Below, one piece after another: positions 25,605 through 39,765 of a stretch of DNA of 64,000 nucleotides (positions within the stretch are counted from its first letter, which is position 1; the number at the start of each line of letters is the position of its first letter). The stretch spans positions 744,001-808,000 of the forward strand of contig JAPDFW010000081.1 of the NCBI GenBank assembly GCA_028826165.1, given 5' to 3'. This stretch comes from Anaeramoeba ignava BMAN. Its lineage: Eukaryota > Protista > Anaeramoebae. The position numbers and the translations under genes were made by a program. Under the pieces are notes generated by a model, which saw only the letters and a list, made by a program, of their open reading frames with translations, was not told the origin of the DNA and ran no database searches.

Positions 25605-28214
25605 TTCTTCACTTAGAATCGTGAATTATCAATTATGAAGCAGCTCGATCATATAAATATTATTAAACTTCAGAATTATTTTTACACACATAATGAAACT
25701 GTGACTTTATCAAATACTTTTTTTTATAAAAAGAAATTATTTGCTTTTTGTTTTTTGTTTTTTGTTTTTTGCTTATTTTATTTTGTTTTTTTCTTTAGGA
25801 AAAAGAAATTTTTTTAAATCTTGTTCTTGATTATATTCCTGATACTGTTTCTCGTTTAAGTAAACGATATAGAAAAAGAAAACAATTAATGCCTTTAATT
25901 TGGATTAAAGGTAATTGAAAAATTTTATTATTAAATTTATTTATTAAATTTATTATTAAATTTATTATTAAATTTATTTATTAAATTTATTTATTAAATT
26001 TATTTATTAATTTATTAATTTATTAATTTATTTATTAATTTATTATTATTAAATTTATTATTAAATTTATTTATTAATTTATTATTAAATTTATTTATTA
26101 ATTTATTTATTAATTTATTATTAAATTTATTATTAAATTTATTTATTAATTTATTTATTAATTTATTTATTAATTTATTATTAATTTTTATTTATTAATT
26201 TATTTATTTAATTTATTTATTATTTATTAATTTATTATTAAATTTATTTATTAATTTATTATTAAATTTATTTATTAATTTATTATTAAATTTATTTATT
26301 AATTTATTATTAAATTTATTTATTAATTTATTTTAAATTTATTTATTAATTTATTTATTAAATTTATTATTAAATTTATTTATTAAATTTATTATTAAAT
26401 TTATTTTTTATTTATTTTTAATTTATTTTAATTTATTTATTTATTTTTTAATTTATTATTAAATTTATTTATAAATTTATTATTAAATTTATTTATAAAT
26501 TTATTATTAAATTTATTATTAAATTTATTATTAATTTATTATTTAATTTATTATTTAATTTATTTATTAATTTATTTATTTATTTATTAATTTATTATTA
26601 AATTTATTTATTAATTTATTATTAAATTTATTTATTAATTTATTAATTTATTATTAAATTTATTTATTAATTTATTAATTTATTATTAAATTTATTTATT
26701 AATTTATTTAAAAGCTTTTTATATATCAATTATGCAGAGCAGAATCATATCTTCACAAACTGGGAATTTGCCATCGAGACATTAAACCACAAAACCTTTT
26801 GATCGATCTCGACACAGGATATTTGAAATTATGCGACTTTGGAAGGTAAAAAACAAACCAAGAGCGAAAGAACAAAATTAATAGGGATTGTTTAATTGAA
26901 AATAATAGTGCAAAGGCACTTGTTAAAGGGCAGAGTAACATATCTTATATTTGCTCAAGATTTTATCGCGCGCCTGAGCTCATTTTCGGAGCCACTGAAT
27001 ATACAACAAATATCGGTACTAAATCATACATTTTATTGATAAAACAAACACTCATCTTCTTCTTAATAGTTTGATTCAACTTTTATTGATTATTTTTCTG
27101 TTAAATTAATTATTATCAATTTCAATTATCCCCAAAATGTATATTTTTTCGACCATTTTTTTCTCGACCTGCGAAATGAATCAATGAAATGATTTAATGG
27201 GTCACAACACTTCTCCTACCAAACAAAACGTGTATAAAGACATCTGGTCAACAGGCTGTATTTTTGCTGAACTTTTGCTTGGAAGACCAATTTTCCCAGG
27301 TGAAAGTGGAATTGGCCAACTTGTTGAAATTATCAAGGTTTTAGGGACACCTTCAAGACAAGAAATCAAGGAAATGAATCCTGATTATACCAAATACGAT
27401 TTTCCCCAAATCCAACCGAAACCTTTATTTTCCTTTTTCCCACAAAGCACTTCTTCTGAAGCCTTGGATTGTCTTTCAAAGATTCTTGTATATACTCCTA
27501 CTCAACGTTTAAAACCGTTAGAAATTTGTGCTCATCCGTTTTTTGATGAATTAAGATCTCCAAATACTCTTCTTCCAAATGGAAACTCACTTCCTTCTTT
27601 ATTTGATTTCTCAACTCAAGGTTTTAATTTTAATTTTAATTTTTTATCCGATTTTAATTATAATTATAATTTTAATTTTATTTTTGATTTAATTTTAATT
27701 TTAATTTTAAATTTTTTATCCGATTTTAATTTTAATTTTAATTTTAATTTTAATTTTAATTTTAATTTTAATTTTAATTTTAATTTTGATTTAATTTTAA
27801 TTTAAATTTTAATTTTAATTTTAATTTTAATTTTAATTTTAATTTTAATTTTAATTTTAATTTTAATTTTAATTTTAATTTTAATTTTAATTTTAATTTT
27901 AATTTTAATTTTAATTTTAATTTTAATTTTAATTTTAAAATTTTAATTTTTTCAAATTCAAATTTTAATTTTAAAAAATTTTAATTTTAATTTTAAAATT
28001 TTAATTTTTAATTTTTATCCGATTTTAATTTTAATTTTATTTTTAATTTTTAATTTTAATTTTTAATTTTTCTTTTATTTAATAAAAAATTGAAATTGAA
28101 TTGGAAGGCGTTTCTCCTTCTGTTATTGAAAAATTAATTCCAAATAATTTGCCTAAAAATTTATCTTTTTCAAATTCAAATGAACAGGAGAAAAAAATTT
28201 CTAATCAAAAATAG
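24961..28214 (+). CDS. GSK3: Glycogen synthase kinase 3 / shaggy-like kinase (7 exons)
   Basis: [87 protein letters not shown]. Introns 25123-25616, 25701-25798, 25911-26714 (1-nt phase discrepancy), 26846-26908, 27016-27239, 27621-~28107. Confidence 0.95.
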
Positions 28215-28485
28215 AAATCTATTTGTTTTCTATTTTCTATTTTCTATTTCTTTTTTTTTTTTTCTTTTTTTTTGATAATAAAAAAAAAACTTGAAATTGA
28301 TTTGAAATTTTTTTTTATCAATCAAATTGAAAGAAGAAAAAAAAAAAGAAAGAAAATTTTTTTTTTTGCTTCTTTTGGGAATTTTGACTTGAACTTGAAA
28401 TAAGTTTTTTTTTTGTCAAAATTCTTTCAAATAAGAAAGAGAAAAAGAAAAAAGAAAAATGAAAAAGAAAAAGTGAAAAAAAAAC

Positions 28486-31400
28486 TTATTTTTCTTGTGT
28501 TGATTCATCCAAAAGACTTCGATCGAAAAATTGGGTTTTTGTAACTGGAGAAGCTAATCGATTTTCATAAATATCTTTTTGGAATGCATCTTCAACTTCT
28601 TGAGGTACATCTGGAATTATATATCTTAAAGATATTTTGATGAAAACTAAAATATGTTCTGCAGCAACTAAAAACCATAATTCTTGAGCATCACTAATAC
28701 TGCTATCAAAGTAAGGATCTAATTGATCTTTTGAAGCGATTGCAACAAAAGCTAATTTTTAAATTTTAATTTTAATTTTTTATCCGATTTTAAATTTAAT
28801 TTTGATTTTAATTTTTTATCCAATTTTAATATTAATTTTAATTTTAGTTTTAATTTTAATTTTAATTATAATTTTAATTTTATATTTGAATTTTAATTTT
28901 AATTTTATTTATAAATTTAATTTTAATTTTAATTTGAATTTTAATTTTAATTTTAATTTGAATTTTAATTTTAATTTTAATTTGAATTTTAATTTTAATT
29001 ATTATTTGAATTTTAATTTTTTATCCGATTTTAATTTTAATTTAAATTTTAATTTTAATTTTTAATTTTAATTTTAATATTAATTTTGATTTAATTTTAA
29101 TTTAAATTTTAATTTTAATTTTAATTTTATTTTTAATTTTAATTATAATTATAATTTTGATTTTAATTTTAGTTTTAAATTTTAATATTAATTTTGATTT
29201 AATTTTTTAAGCTAAAATTACCAGTGTTAGAAATAATAATTAAAAATGCCATAATTTCAAGAATTGTTAACCAAGTTCCAATTCCATTTGCTGGACGTGG
29301 TTCAGGACGCTAGAAACAAATAAAGACAAATAGAAACAAATAGAAACAAATAGAAATAAATAAATATAAATATTTTAAATATAAATAAATTTAAATAAAT
29401 AAATCTAAAAAAATATTAACCTTCATTGCACGTAATTTGTAAGAATCACTTCGAATCTCAATAACATTATTCAAAAGAGCCAAAATAGCAGAAACAGGAA
29501 AAACGGTTGAAAATAAAGAAACATAACCAAGTTGGATCATCATTTCCGAGTAGTCATCAATAGTATAATCATAACGAGGGAATTTACTTTGAGTTTCAAT
29601 AGGGGAAATTTGGATCATATCAAGACCCATCTCTTGAAGCGCTCGAAGCTTCTTTTTCTGCTTTCTGATCTTGAGTTTTCCGCGGATCCAAGGAATCAAA
29701 ACCTCCTGAACATTTCCGATTGCCTGTCGGAAAATCAGGATGGAAGACAACTGAGCGGAGAGATATGTGGGATCTTTTGCGATAAAAGCTATGCAGAACA
29801 AAGCGGTGAAGGAGTTGATGAACTGAAAAAGGAAGAATTTGACAATCAGCGCGTTCTCATAATCTGTGTCTGTGCGATGGTTTTCCCAATCGTTCAACAA
29901 CGGTGCCACTTTTTGGAATAAGTAATTCAAAACGAAGATGCAAACACCCGTCGCAATACTGTACCCGATCATTTCATTTGTGGGGAGATGACGCTCGTTT
30001 TCCAGGAGACGTTTTCTGTTGATCTCGACCGAAGCAACAATTGCAATTGCAATAAAAACACAAACAACAGAATAAGTGATAATGTACTTAAACTTGCGTT
30101 TCCATCCTGGATAATACGGTTCTTCTTCCCCGGTGATTTCTGATACAACCATTTTTCCACGGAATTCGGGCCGTATCTGCTCCTCCCGCTCGTAGAACAA
30201 TGTGTCCCAATGCAATGCTTTTGTGTATGATTTTCTTTTCCAAAATTCAATAAAAACTGTGATCCATATTGCTAAGATAAACGAATAGAAAAGTGCTGAT
30301 GGCGGCGCGGGTGTATGCTGCTTCAGTTGTATGATCCCAAATGGTATTGATATTATCGATAAAAGTATAAGCCATTTTGTGTAGAATCCTAAATATGTGA
30401 AATAAAATGCGACGTTTTCCCCAAAATAATCTCGCACTTTGTCAAGCGGTTGAGATGGTCGGCAGCTTTTAGACCATCTGTTAATTAGTGGATCAAGTTC
30501 AGAATAATTATGGAGTGCGAAGATATCTGTCACATATTTTCGTTTGATAAGCTTAGTTGGATCTTTAATTATGAATTTTATTTGAATTTTAATTTTAATT
30601 TTAATTTTAATTTTATAAATGAATTTTAATTTTAATTTAAATTTTAATTTTATTTTAATTTTAATTTTATAAATGAATTTAAATTTTATAAATGAATTTA
30701 AATTTTATAAATGAATTTTATAAATGAATTTTATTTTTAATTTTATAAATGAATTTTAATTTGTGATTTGATTATAAAATGTAAGTAATTTACTCAATCC
30801 ACATCCACCATCTTTTTTTCTTGTTTCTATTATTGTTCGTATGATTTTTTGTCTTTTAATAAAATTGAATAATTTTTTTTTATAAATAAAAAATTAAAAA
30901 ATAAAATGTTATTGAATTTGTTTTACCTTTCAGAACTTGTAAACATGCATTCTTCTGTTGCTCTTTTATATAAACCTTTTTTACTAGAAATAAATTCAGC
31001 ATATCCAAGATTATCTTCTTCTGTTGGGCCTAAAATTTGAATTCTTAATTTGGATTTTTCTGCCCATTCTTCAAGAGTTTTATTTGTCGCTCCAATTTCT
31101 AATTTAAATATAAATTTAAATATAAATATAAATATAAATATAAATATAAATATAAATATAAATATAAAAATAATTATAAATTTAAAAATATAAATATAAA
31201 TATAAATATAAATATAAATATAAATATAAATATAAATATAAATATAAATATAAATATAAATATAAATATAAATATAAATATAATTATAAATATAATTATA
31301 AATATAAATATAAATATAAATATAAATATAAATATAAATATAAATATAATTATAAATTCAATTATAAATTCAAATATAAATATAAATATAAATATAAATA

Positions 31401-32544
31401 TAAATATAAATATAATTATAAATATAAATATAAATATAAATATAAATATAAATATAATTATAAATATAAATATAAATATAAATATAAATATAAATATAAA
31501 TATAAATATAATTATAAATATAAATATAATTATAAATTTAATTATAAATTTAATTATAAATATAAATATAAATATAAATATAAATATAAATTTAATTATA
31601 AATATAAATATAAATTTAATTATAAATTTAATTATAAATATAAATATAAATATAATTATAAATTTAATTATAAATATAAATATAAATATAAATATAAATC
31701 TAAATATAAATATAATTATAAATATAAATATAAATATAAATATAATTATAAATATAAATATAAATACAAATATAAATTTAATTATAAATTTAATTATAAA
31801 TATAAATATAAATATAAATTTAATTATAAATTTAATTATAAATTTAATTATAAATTTAATTATAAATTTAATTATAAATATAAATATAAATTTAATTATA
31901 AATTTGATTATAAATTTAATTATAAATATAATTATAAATATAATTATAAATATAAATATAAATTCAATTATAAATTCAATTATAAATTTAATTATAAATT
32001 TAATAAATAAATTCAATTATAAATTTAATAAATAAATTCAATTATAAATATAAATATAAATTCAATAGATAAATTTAATTATAAATTTTGCTTTTAGAAA
32101 TATTCGTAAATTTGCTTTTTTAAAAAAAAATAGAGGAAAAATACCCATATAACTAAAAGTATTTTCAGAAGAACTAGATTCTCTAATACTTAAACCTGCA
32201 TCAGTAATCCAACCTTTAATTTTTCCTTTTTTTTCTTGAACTTTAAAGAGTTTCTCTTCAGAAACTTTTTTCTTGCAAAAACCAGTTTCATTAGAATCTT
32301 GTTCAGCAAAAACAAAAACCCACTCATAAAAAGCCTCACCTTCATCTTGTGCAAATACATTTTCCATTTGTTCATCATCAATTAAGTCATCATCACTCTT
32401 GTCTGATAAATTAAATTGATTGTCTTTCGGAATTTCGTTGTCATTATCAACATATTGTGTTGGTTTTGGTTGATTTTCTGCACTAATTAATGGTTGGGTT
32501 ACTTCAGATTGAATCAGGAAATCATTTTCTGTATCTTTTGACAT
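28486..32544 (-). CDS. TMEM16: Anoctamin/TMEM16 scramblase-channel (6 exons)
   Basis: QPLDKVRDYFGENVAFYF, FIEFWKRK, WENHRTDTDYENALIVKFFLFQFINSF, DDYSEMMIQLGYVSLFS, NNVIEIRSD, RPEPRPANGIGTW, AEHILVFIK..IIPDVP; introns include 32144-31099. Confidence 0.93.
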
Positions 32545-32947
32545 TTAAATGTTTAATTCAAACAAAAAAAAAATGACGCTTCAAAATTTTATCTTTTTTT
32601 TTTTATTTTTTTTTTTTTAATAAAAAGCGAAAAAATTTTTTTCTGTAATTGAACCAAATTCTCAAAATTTAATTATTAAATCAATTCAAAATTAAACACA
32701 TCATCTTTTTTTTTTTTAACTTATTTGATCAAATTCAAAATTCATTTCAAAATTCAATAAAAAATCAAAACCCAAAAAAAAAAAAAAAAAAAAATTCTCT
32801 TCCACTTTTTCTTTTTCTTTTTTTTTTCTTTTTCTTTAAAGAGAAATCAAAAAAAAAAGAATCAAATAAATTTTTGGAAGAAGAAATACAATCAAATTCT
32901 TTTCCTCTTTTCTTTTCTTTTTTTTTCTTTTCTTTTCTTTTCTTTTC

Positions 32948-34605
32948 TTATTTAATTGAACTAATATATTTTTCAGCTCTTCTTTTAATATTAAGTAAAA
33001 ATTGATTTAATTGAGAATATTCGGTTTTCATCTTTGAAATCTCATCTCTTTTTGAAATGTACAAATCTTGAATTTGCTTTTCATATTGACTTTTTTCTTG
33101 TGAATTTACTGTTTTTTCAACAAGAGAAACTAATTGAGTAAATTGTTCTTCATTTTCTTTTAATTTCTGTTGGATATTCAAATATTTTTGGTACTTTTCT
33201 TCATAAATAACACATAAATTCTCATATTCCTCTTGGCTTTGAATAACTTGAGGTGATTTATTTCCAATATCATTTGAGACTTGTGTATTTGAATGATTTT
33301 TGGGTTCGGTTTTTTCAATTTTCATATTTATATTTGATCCATTTTCCAAATCATTTGGAATAAATGGCTTTATTTTATTCACAGTTTTAGTATTTGATAT
33401 AATTTCCTTTGAAATATTTTCTTTGTTTTGTGTAAAATTTGGAGATTTTCTGTGATTTTTTGGTGGATTCCCATTTTTAAGCGAAATTGGATTTGGTTTA
33501 GATTTTTCAATTTGTATTTTTTCGTTTTCTTTTATATTGGGATGTCTTCTTTGATAAGGTGCATCTTTTTGAACATAATTATTTTTCTTTTGGTTGTTTA
33601 GTGGGAATGATAATTCATCTTGATTTTGTTTTTGAGGTTGTAATAAATTTGGTGATCGTTTTTTTTCTGTATTTGCAAATGGATTTTGAGTTTTCATTGT
33701 GTGATTAGTTGATATTTTATTCGAATTTTTTTTCGAGTAATTTTTTTTATGGAAAGGATCAATTTTCCTTTTTTTAAATTTTCAATATAAATTTTAATTT
33801 TATAAATGATTTTAATTTTAATTTTAATTTTAATTTTAATTTTAATATTAATTTTAATTTTAATTTTAATTTTATAAATGAATTTAATTTTGATTTTAAT
33901 TTTAATTTTAATTTTAATTTTAATTTTAATTTTAATTTTGATTTTAATTTTAATTTTAATTTTAATTTTAATTTTAATTTTAATTTTAATTTTAATTTTA
34001 ATTTTAATTTTAAATTTAATTTAATTTTAATTTTAAATTTAATTTAATTTTATATTTGATTTTAATTTTGATTTTAATTTTATAAATGAATTTTAATTTT
34101 AATTTTAATTTGAATTTTAATTTTAATTTTAATTTTAATTTTAATTTTAATTTTATAAATGGATTTTAAAATTGAGTTTTTTGTACTTGAACTTTTCTTT
34201 AGGAATTGTTGAATTGTCTTGATCAATATCAATCTTAGTTGTTTTATGAGACTTTCTCTCTTTTTCTGATTTATTAGTTAAATTTTTAATTCTAGTATTA
34301 TCAACTTTCTGATTTACAACTTGTAATTTATGAGTTGGATTTCCTAAAAAATTTAGATAATTATTTTGTGCATGAAAACAATCACAAAAATAAGGATTAG
34401 TTTCTGCAACAGTTTTGAACTTGTAATCTGAATTGCCAATTATAAATGCACTGTCATCTTCATCATCACAAAAACGTATTGATAATTGTTTTTCTTCTTG
34501 CTTAATTGACTTGAGTTGATTCAATAAATCTAATGTTAATCGAACTGTGAATACTAATTGTTTTCTTTCAGGTTCTTTTTCATCAACTATATAATTTTTA
34601 GACAT
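32948..34605 (-). CDS. ELL: ELL-like RNA polymerase II elongation factor; intron 34186-33768
   Basis: N-terminal ELL-type region (VFTVRLT..SIRF..YKF..DCF..LNFLG..HKLQV) and C-terminal occludin/ELL domain (IQSQEEYE..YEEKYQKY..L..IKRR..Y); frames join. Confidence 0.75.
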
Positions 34606-34853
34606 TTTTTATTATTTTGTTCTTGTTATTTTTTCTTTTGAAGAGAAAAAAATGAAAAAAAAAAATTTAAATTTTGAAAAAAACTCTCAAACAATAAAAT
34701 AATTTCAAAAATCTTTAAAAGTCAAATGTTTTGTTTTGTTTTTTATGTATATCTCTTAAATTTTAGTTTTAAAAAAAATTTAAAAAAAAAACAAAACAAA
34801 ATTTAATTTTTTTTTTGGATTTAATTCATTTTTATTTTTCTTATTTACTTTGA

Positions 34854-37800
34854 ATGTTAAATTCATTTGTGTTTGTTCTTTTGTTTTTTATTTTTGTTAA
34901 ATTTGCGACTTTAACTTGTGTTCGATGTCCAACAGGTTCAGTTGCTCATGATGAATGTAAATTTAGTTTATATTTTTTACATTTTCAATTTTCACTTATC
35001 AAAAATTATTTCGACAAATTTAATAAAATTTCAAAAGCAAATTAAAATTAAAATTAAAATTAAAATTAAAATTTAAAATTAGAATTAAAATTAGAATTAA
35101 AATTAAAATTAGAATTAAAATTAAAATTAAAATTAAAATTAAAATTAAAATAATTAAAATTAAAATTAAAATTAAAATTAAAATTAAAATTAAAATTAAA
35201 ATTAAAATTAAAAATTAAAATTAAAATTAAAATTAAAATTAAAATTAAAATTAAAATTAAAATTAAAATTAAAATTAAAATTAAAATTAAAATTAAAAAA
35301 TTAAAATTAAAAATTATAATTTAAAATTAAAATTAAAATTAAAATTAAAATTAAAATTAAAATTAAAATTAAAATTAAAATTAAAAATATTAAAATTAAT
35401 ATTAAAATTAATATTAAAATTAAAATTAAAATTAAAATTAAAATTAAAATTAAAATTAATATTAAAATTAGAATTAAAATTCATTTATAAAATTAAAATT
35501 AAAATTCATTTATAAAATTAAAATTAAAATTAAAATTCATTTATAAAATTAAAATTAAAATTAAAATTCAAATATAAAATTAAAATTAAAATTAAAATTA
35601 AAATTAAAATTAAAATTAAAATTAAAATTAAAATTAAATTTAAAATTATAATTATAATTTTAAAAGATCAATGTGTTTTAATTTGTGAGGCTTGGTATTG
35701 TGACAGACTTGTTGATTGTCTTGCTTGTGGACCTGGAACAATTGCAGGCACTGATCCACAGAATTGCAAAACATGTGATCCAGGAACCTATTCTAATTCA
35801 AATAATACAGAATGTCTTGCTTGTTCTGCAGGTCAAGAAACTAATATCAATAAAACTGGTTGTTCAGATTGTGAAATTGGATATTATAATCCGTAAAATA
35901 TTTTTGGTTTTAATGATTTGAGTTTATGAACATGATTTACTTTTATTAGAAATTTTAACTCAAAAAAAAAAATACTCAAAATTAAATTTCCTTTAATTTT
36001 TTTTAAAATATAATTTTAATAAAATAGACAACCTTCTCAAATGTGTGAAAAATGTAATATTGGAACTTATGCTCCAAATCCAGGATCTACAAATTGTTTA
36101 AAATGTCCAATGGGTAAATCTCTTCTTTATAAAATTAAAATTAAAAATTAACAATTAAAAATTAAAATTATTGAATTCTTTTTTTTAGGTTCGTTTCAAA
36201 ATATGTCTGGAGAAAGTTTTTGTTATCCTTGTGGAGTAGGAAAATATAATCCTTCATCTAATTCTTGGAATCCAAATGATTGTCTAATTTGCCCAATAAA
36301 ATATTATTGTCCAAATGATATGACAGCACAACCAATTATTTGTCCAAAAAATCATTATTGCGATTCCGATGGTCTTTCTACTCCTAAAAAATGCCCAGTT
36401 TTCCGTGTATCTAATGAAGGAGAGAGTGTATGCATCTATAAAATTGATTTAAAATTGATTTAAAATTGATATAAAATTGATATAAAATTAATTTAAAATT
36501 GATTTAAAATTGATTTAATTTTGATTTAAAATTGATTTAATTTTGATTTAAAATTAATTTAAAATTGATTTAAAATTGATTTAATTTTGATTTAAAATTG
36601 ATATAAAATTATAAAATTGATATAAAATTAATTTAATTTTGATATAAAATTGATATAAAATTGATATAAAATTGATTTAAAATTAATTTAAAATTGATTT
36701 AAAATTGATTTAATTTTGATTTAAAATTGATTTAAAATTGATTTAAAATTGATTTAATTTGATTTAAAATTAATATAAAATTGATTTAAAATTGATTTAA
36801 AATTGATTTAATTTTGATATAAAATTGATTTAAAATTGATTTAAAATTGATTTAATTTTGATATAAAATTGATTTAATTTTGATTTAAAATTAATATAAA
36901 ATTGATTTAATTTTGATATAAAATTAATATAAAATTGATATAAAATTGATATAAAATTGATATAAAATTGATATAAAATTGATATAAAATTGATTTAATT
37001 TTGATTTAATTTTGATTTAAAATTGATTTAAAATTGATTTAAAATTGATTTAAAATTGATTTAAAATTGATTTAAAATTGATTTAAAATTGATTTAAAAT
37101 TGATTTAAAATTGATTTAAAATTGATTTAAAATTGATTTAAAATTGATTTAAAATTGATTTAAAATTGATTTAAAATTGATTTAAAATTGATTTAAAATT
37201 GATATAAAATTGATATAAAATTGATATAAAATTGATATAAAATTGATATAAAATTGATTTAATTTTGATATAAAATTGATTTAAAATTGATATAAAATTA
37301 ATATAAAATTGATTTAAAATTGATTTAATTTTGATTTAATTTTGATTTAATTTTGATTTAATTTTGATTTAATTTTGATTTAATTTTGATTTAATTTTGA
37401 TTTAATTTTGATTTAAAATTGATTTAAAATTAATTTAATTTTGATATAAAATTGATATAAAATTGATATAAAATTGATATAAAATTGATATAAAATTGAT
37501 TTAAAATTGATATAAAATTAATATAAAATTGATTTAAAATTGATTTAAAATTGATTTAAAATTGATTTAAAATTGATTTAATTTTGATATAAAATTGATT
37601 TAATTTTGATTTAAAATTGATATAAAATTGATATAAAATTGATATAATTTTGATTATTTAATTTTGATATAAAATTAATATAAAATTGATATAAAATTGA
37701 TATAAAATTGATATAAAATTGATTTAATTTTGATTTAAAATTGATTTAAAATTGATTTAAAATTGATTTAATTTTGATTTAATTTTGATATAATTTTGAT

Positions 37801-39311
37801 TTAAAATTGATATAAAATTAATATAAAATTGATTTAAAATTGATATAAAATTGATATAAAATTGATATAAAATTGATTTAATTTTGATTTAAAATTGATT
37901 TAATTTTGATTTAAAATTGATTTAAAATTGATTTAAAATTATAATTTTGATTTAATTTTGATATAAAATTGATTTAATTTTGATTTAATTTTGATATAAA
38001 ATTGATATAAAATTGATTTAAAATTGATTTAAAATTGATTTAAAATTGTTTTAAAATTGATTTAAAATTGATTTAAAATTGATATAAAATTGATATAAAA
38101 TTGATATAAAATTGATATAAAATTGATATAAAATTGATTTAAATTTTGATTTAATTTTTGATTTAAAAATTGATATAAAATTGATATAAAAATTGATATA
38201 AAATTGATTTAAAATTAATATAAAATTGATTTAAAATTGATTTAAAATTGATTTAAAATTGATTTAAAATTGATTTAAAATTGATTTAAAATTGATATAA
38301 AATTGATATTAAAATTGATATAAAATTGATTTAAAATTGATTTAAAATTGATATAAATTGATTTAAAATTGATTTAATTTTGATTTGATTTAATTTTGAT
38401 TTAATTTTTGATTTAATTTTGATTTAATTTTGATTTAAAATTGATTTAAAATTGATATAATTTTAATTTAAAATTGATATAATTTTGATTTAATTTTGAT
38501 TTAAAATTGATTTAATTTTGATTTAAAATTGATTTAATTTTGATTTAAAATTGATTTAATTTTGATTTAAAATTGATTTAATTTTGATTTAAAATTGATA
38601 TAAAATTGATATAAAATTGATATAAAATTGATTTAAAATTGATATAAAATTAATTTAAAATTGATATAAAATTGATATAAAATTGATTTAAAATTGATTT
38701 AAAATTGATTTAAAATTGATTTAATTTTGATTTAATTTTGATTTAATTTTGATTTAATTTTGATTTAATTTTGATTTAATTTTGATTTAAAATTGATTTA
38801 AAATTAATTTAAAATTAATTTAAAATTAATTTAAAATTGATTTAAAATTGATTTAAAATTGATTTAAAATTGATATAAAATTGATTTAAAATTGATTTAA
38901 AATTGATATAAAATTGATTTAATTTTGATTTAATTTTGATTTAATTTTGATTTAAAATTGATTTAAAATTAATTTAAAATTGATTTAAAATTGATTTAAA
39001 ATTGATTTAAAATTGATTTAATTTTGATTTAATTTTGATTTAATTTTGATTTAATTTTGATTTAAAATTAAAATTTTTATTTTTAGAAATGTCAATTTTC
39101 TATTGCTTTTATTGCAATTACAGCTTCATTTTGTGTAATTGTTATTGGAATTATTATTTTGGTTGTTCGATTAAAAATTCAAAATAAGAAAGAAAAACAA
39201 AAACTTTTAAGACCAGAAAAACTTCCTGAAAACGAAACACTTGATTTTTCCGAATTAAGAAAGGTTGTTCCAATGACTCAACCAAATCAAATTGTTTATT
39301 CTGGATTGTGA
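34854..39311 (+). CDS. Type I membrane protein with Cys-rich (GCC2/GCC3, ephrin-receptor-like CxxCxxGxY) repeats (5 exons)
   Basis: Signal peptide; CxxCPxG repeats; TM segment IAFIAITASFCVIVIGIIILVV; tail ends YSGL*; introns 34957-35666, 35893-36027, 36114-36188, 36428-39086 keep frame. Confidence 0.85.
36440..39070. repeat. 2.6-kb intronic 11-bp satellite (AAAATTGATTT / AAAATTGATAT / AATTTTGATTT)
   Basis: Directly visible; over 200 copies. Confidence 0.95.
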
Positions 39312-39765
39312 AATTTTTTTTTCTTTTTTTTTGGAAAATTGAATTTTTGGAAAAACAAAAAACAAACAAAACAAACAAAACAAACAAAATCTCTCAAAAC
39401 AAATTGGTTAATAAGAAAAAAATTTATATAATTGAATTGATTTTCAAACTGAAGTTGAAACTTTCATTCTTATTGATCACAAAAAAGAAAAAAAGAAAAA
39501 AAGGAAATTTTGTTTTATTTGATTTTTCTGAAAGTTTTTTTTTTTTGAAAGTTTTTAAAATTCAAACAATTTTCTTATCTGTTAAATTTTTCCACAAAAA
39601 CCAAATTAAAATTACTTTTTTGTTTGTTTTTGTTTGATTGAATTTATTTAAAAAATACAAAAATAATTTTTCATTTTTTTTTTTTCTTCATTTTTTTCTT
39701 CATTTTTTTCTTCATTTCTTTCTTGATTATTTGTTTTATTTTTTGTTATGTTTTTCGCAAGCTCA

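Noticed and set aside
36440-39070. Telomeric repeat or chromosome end
   Set aside because: No G-rich unit, and the array is bounded by splice sites of a frame-continuous gene
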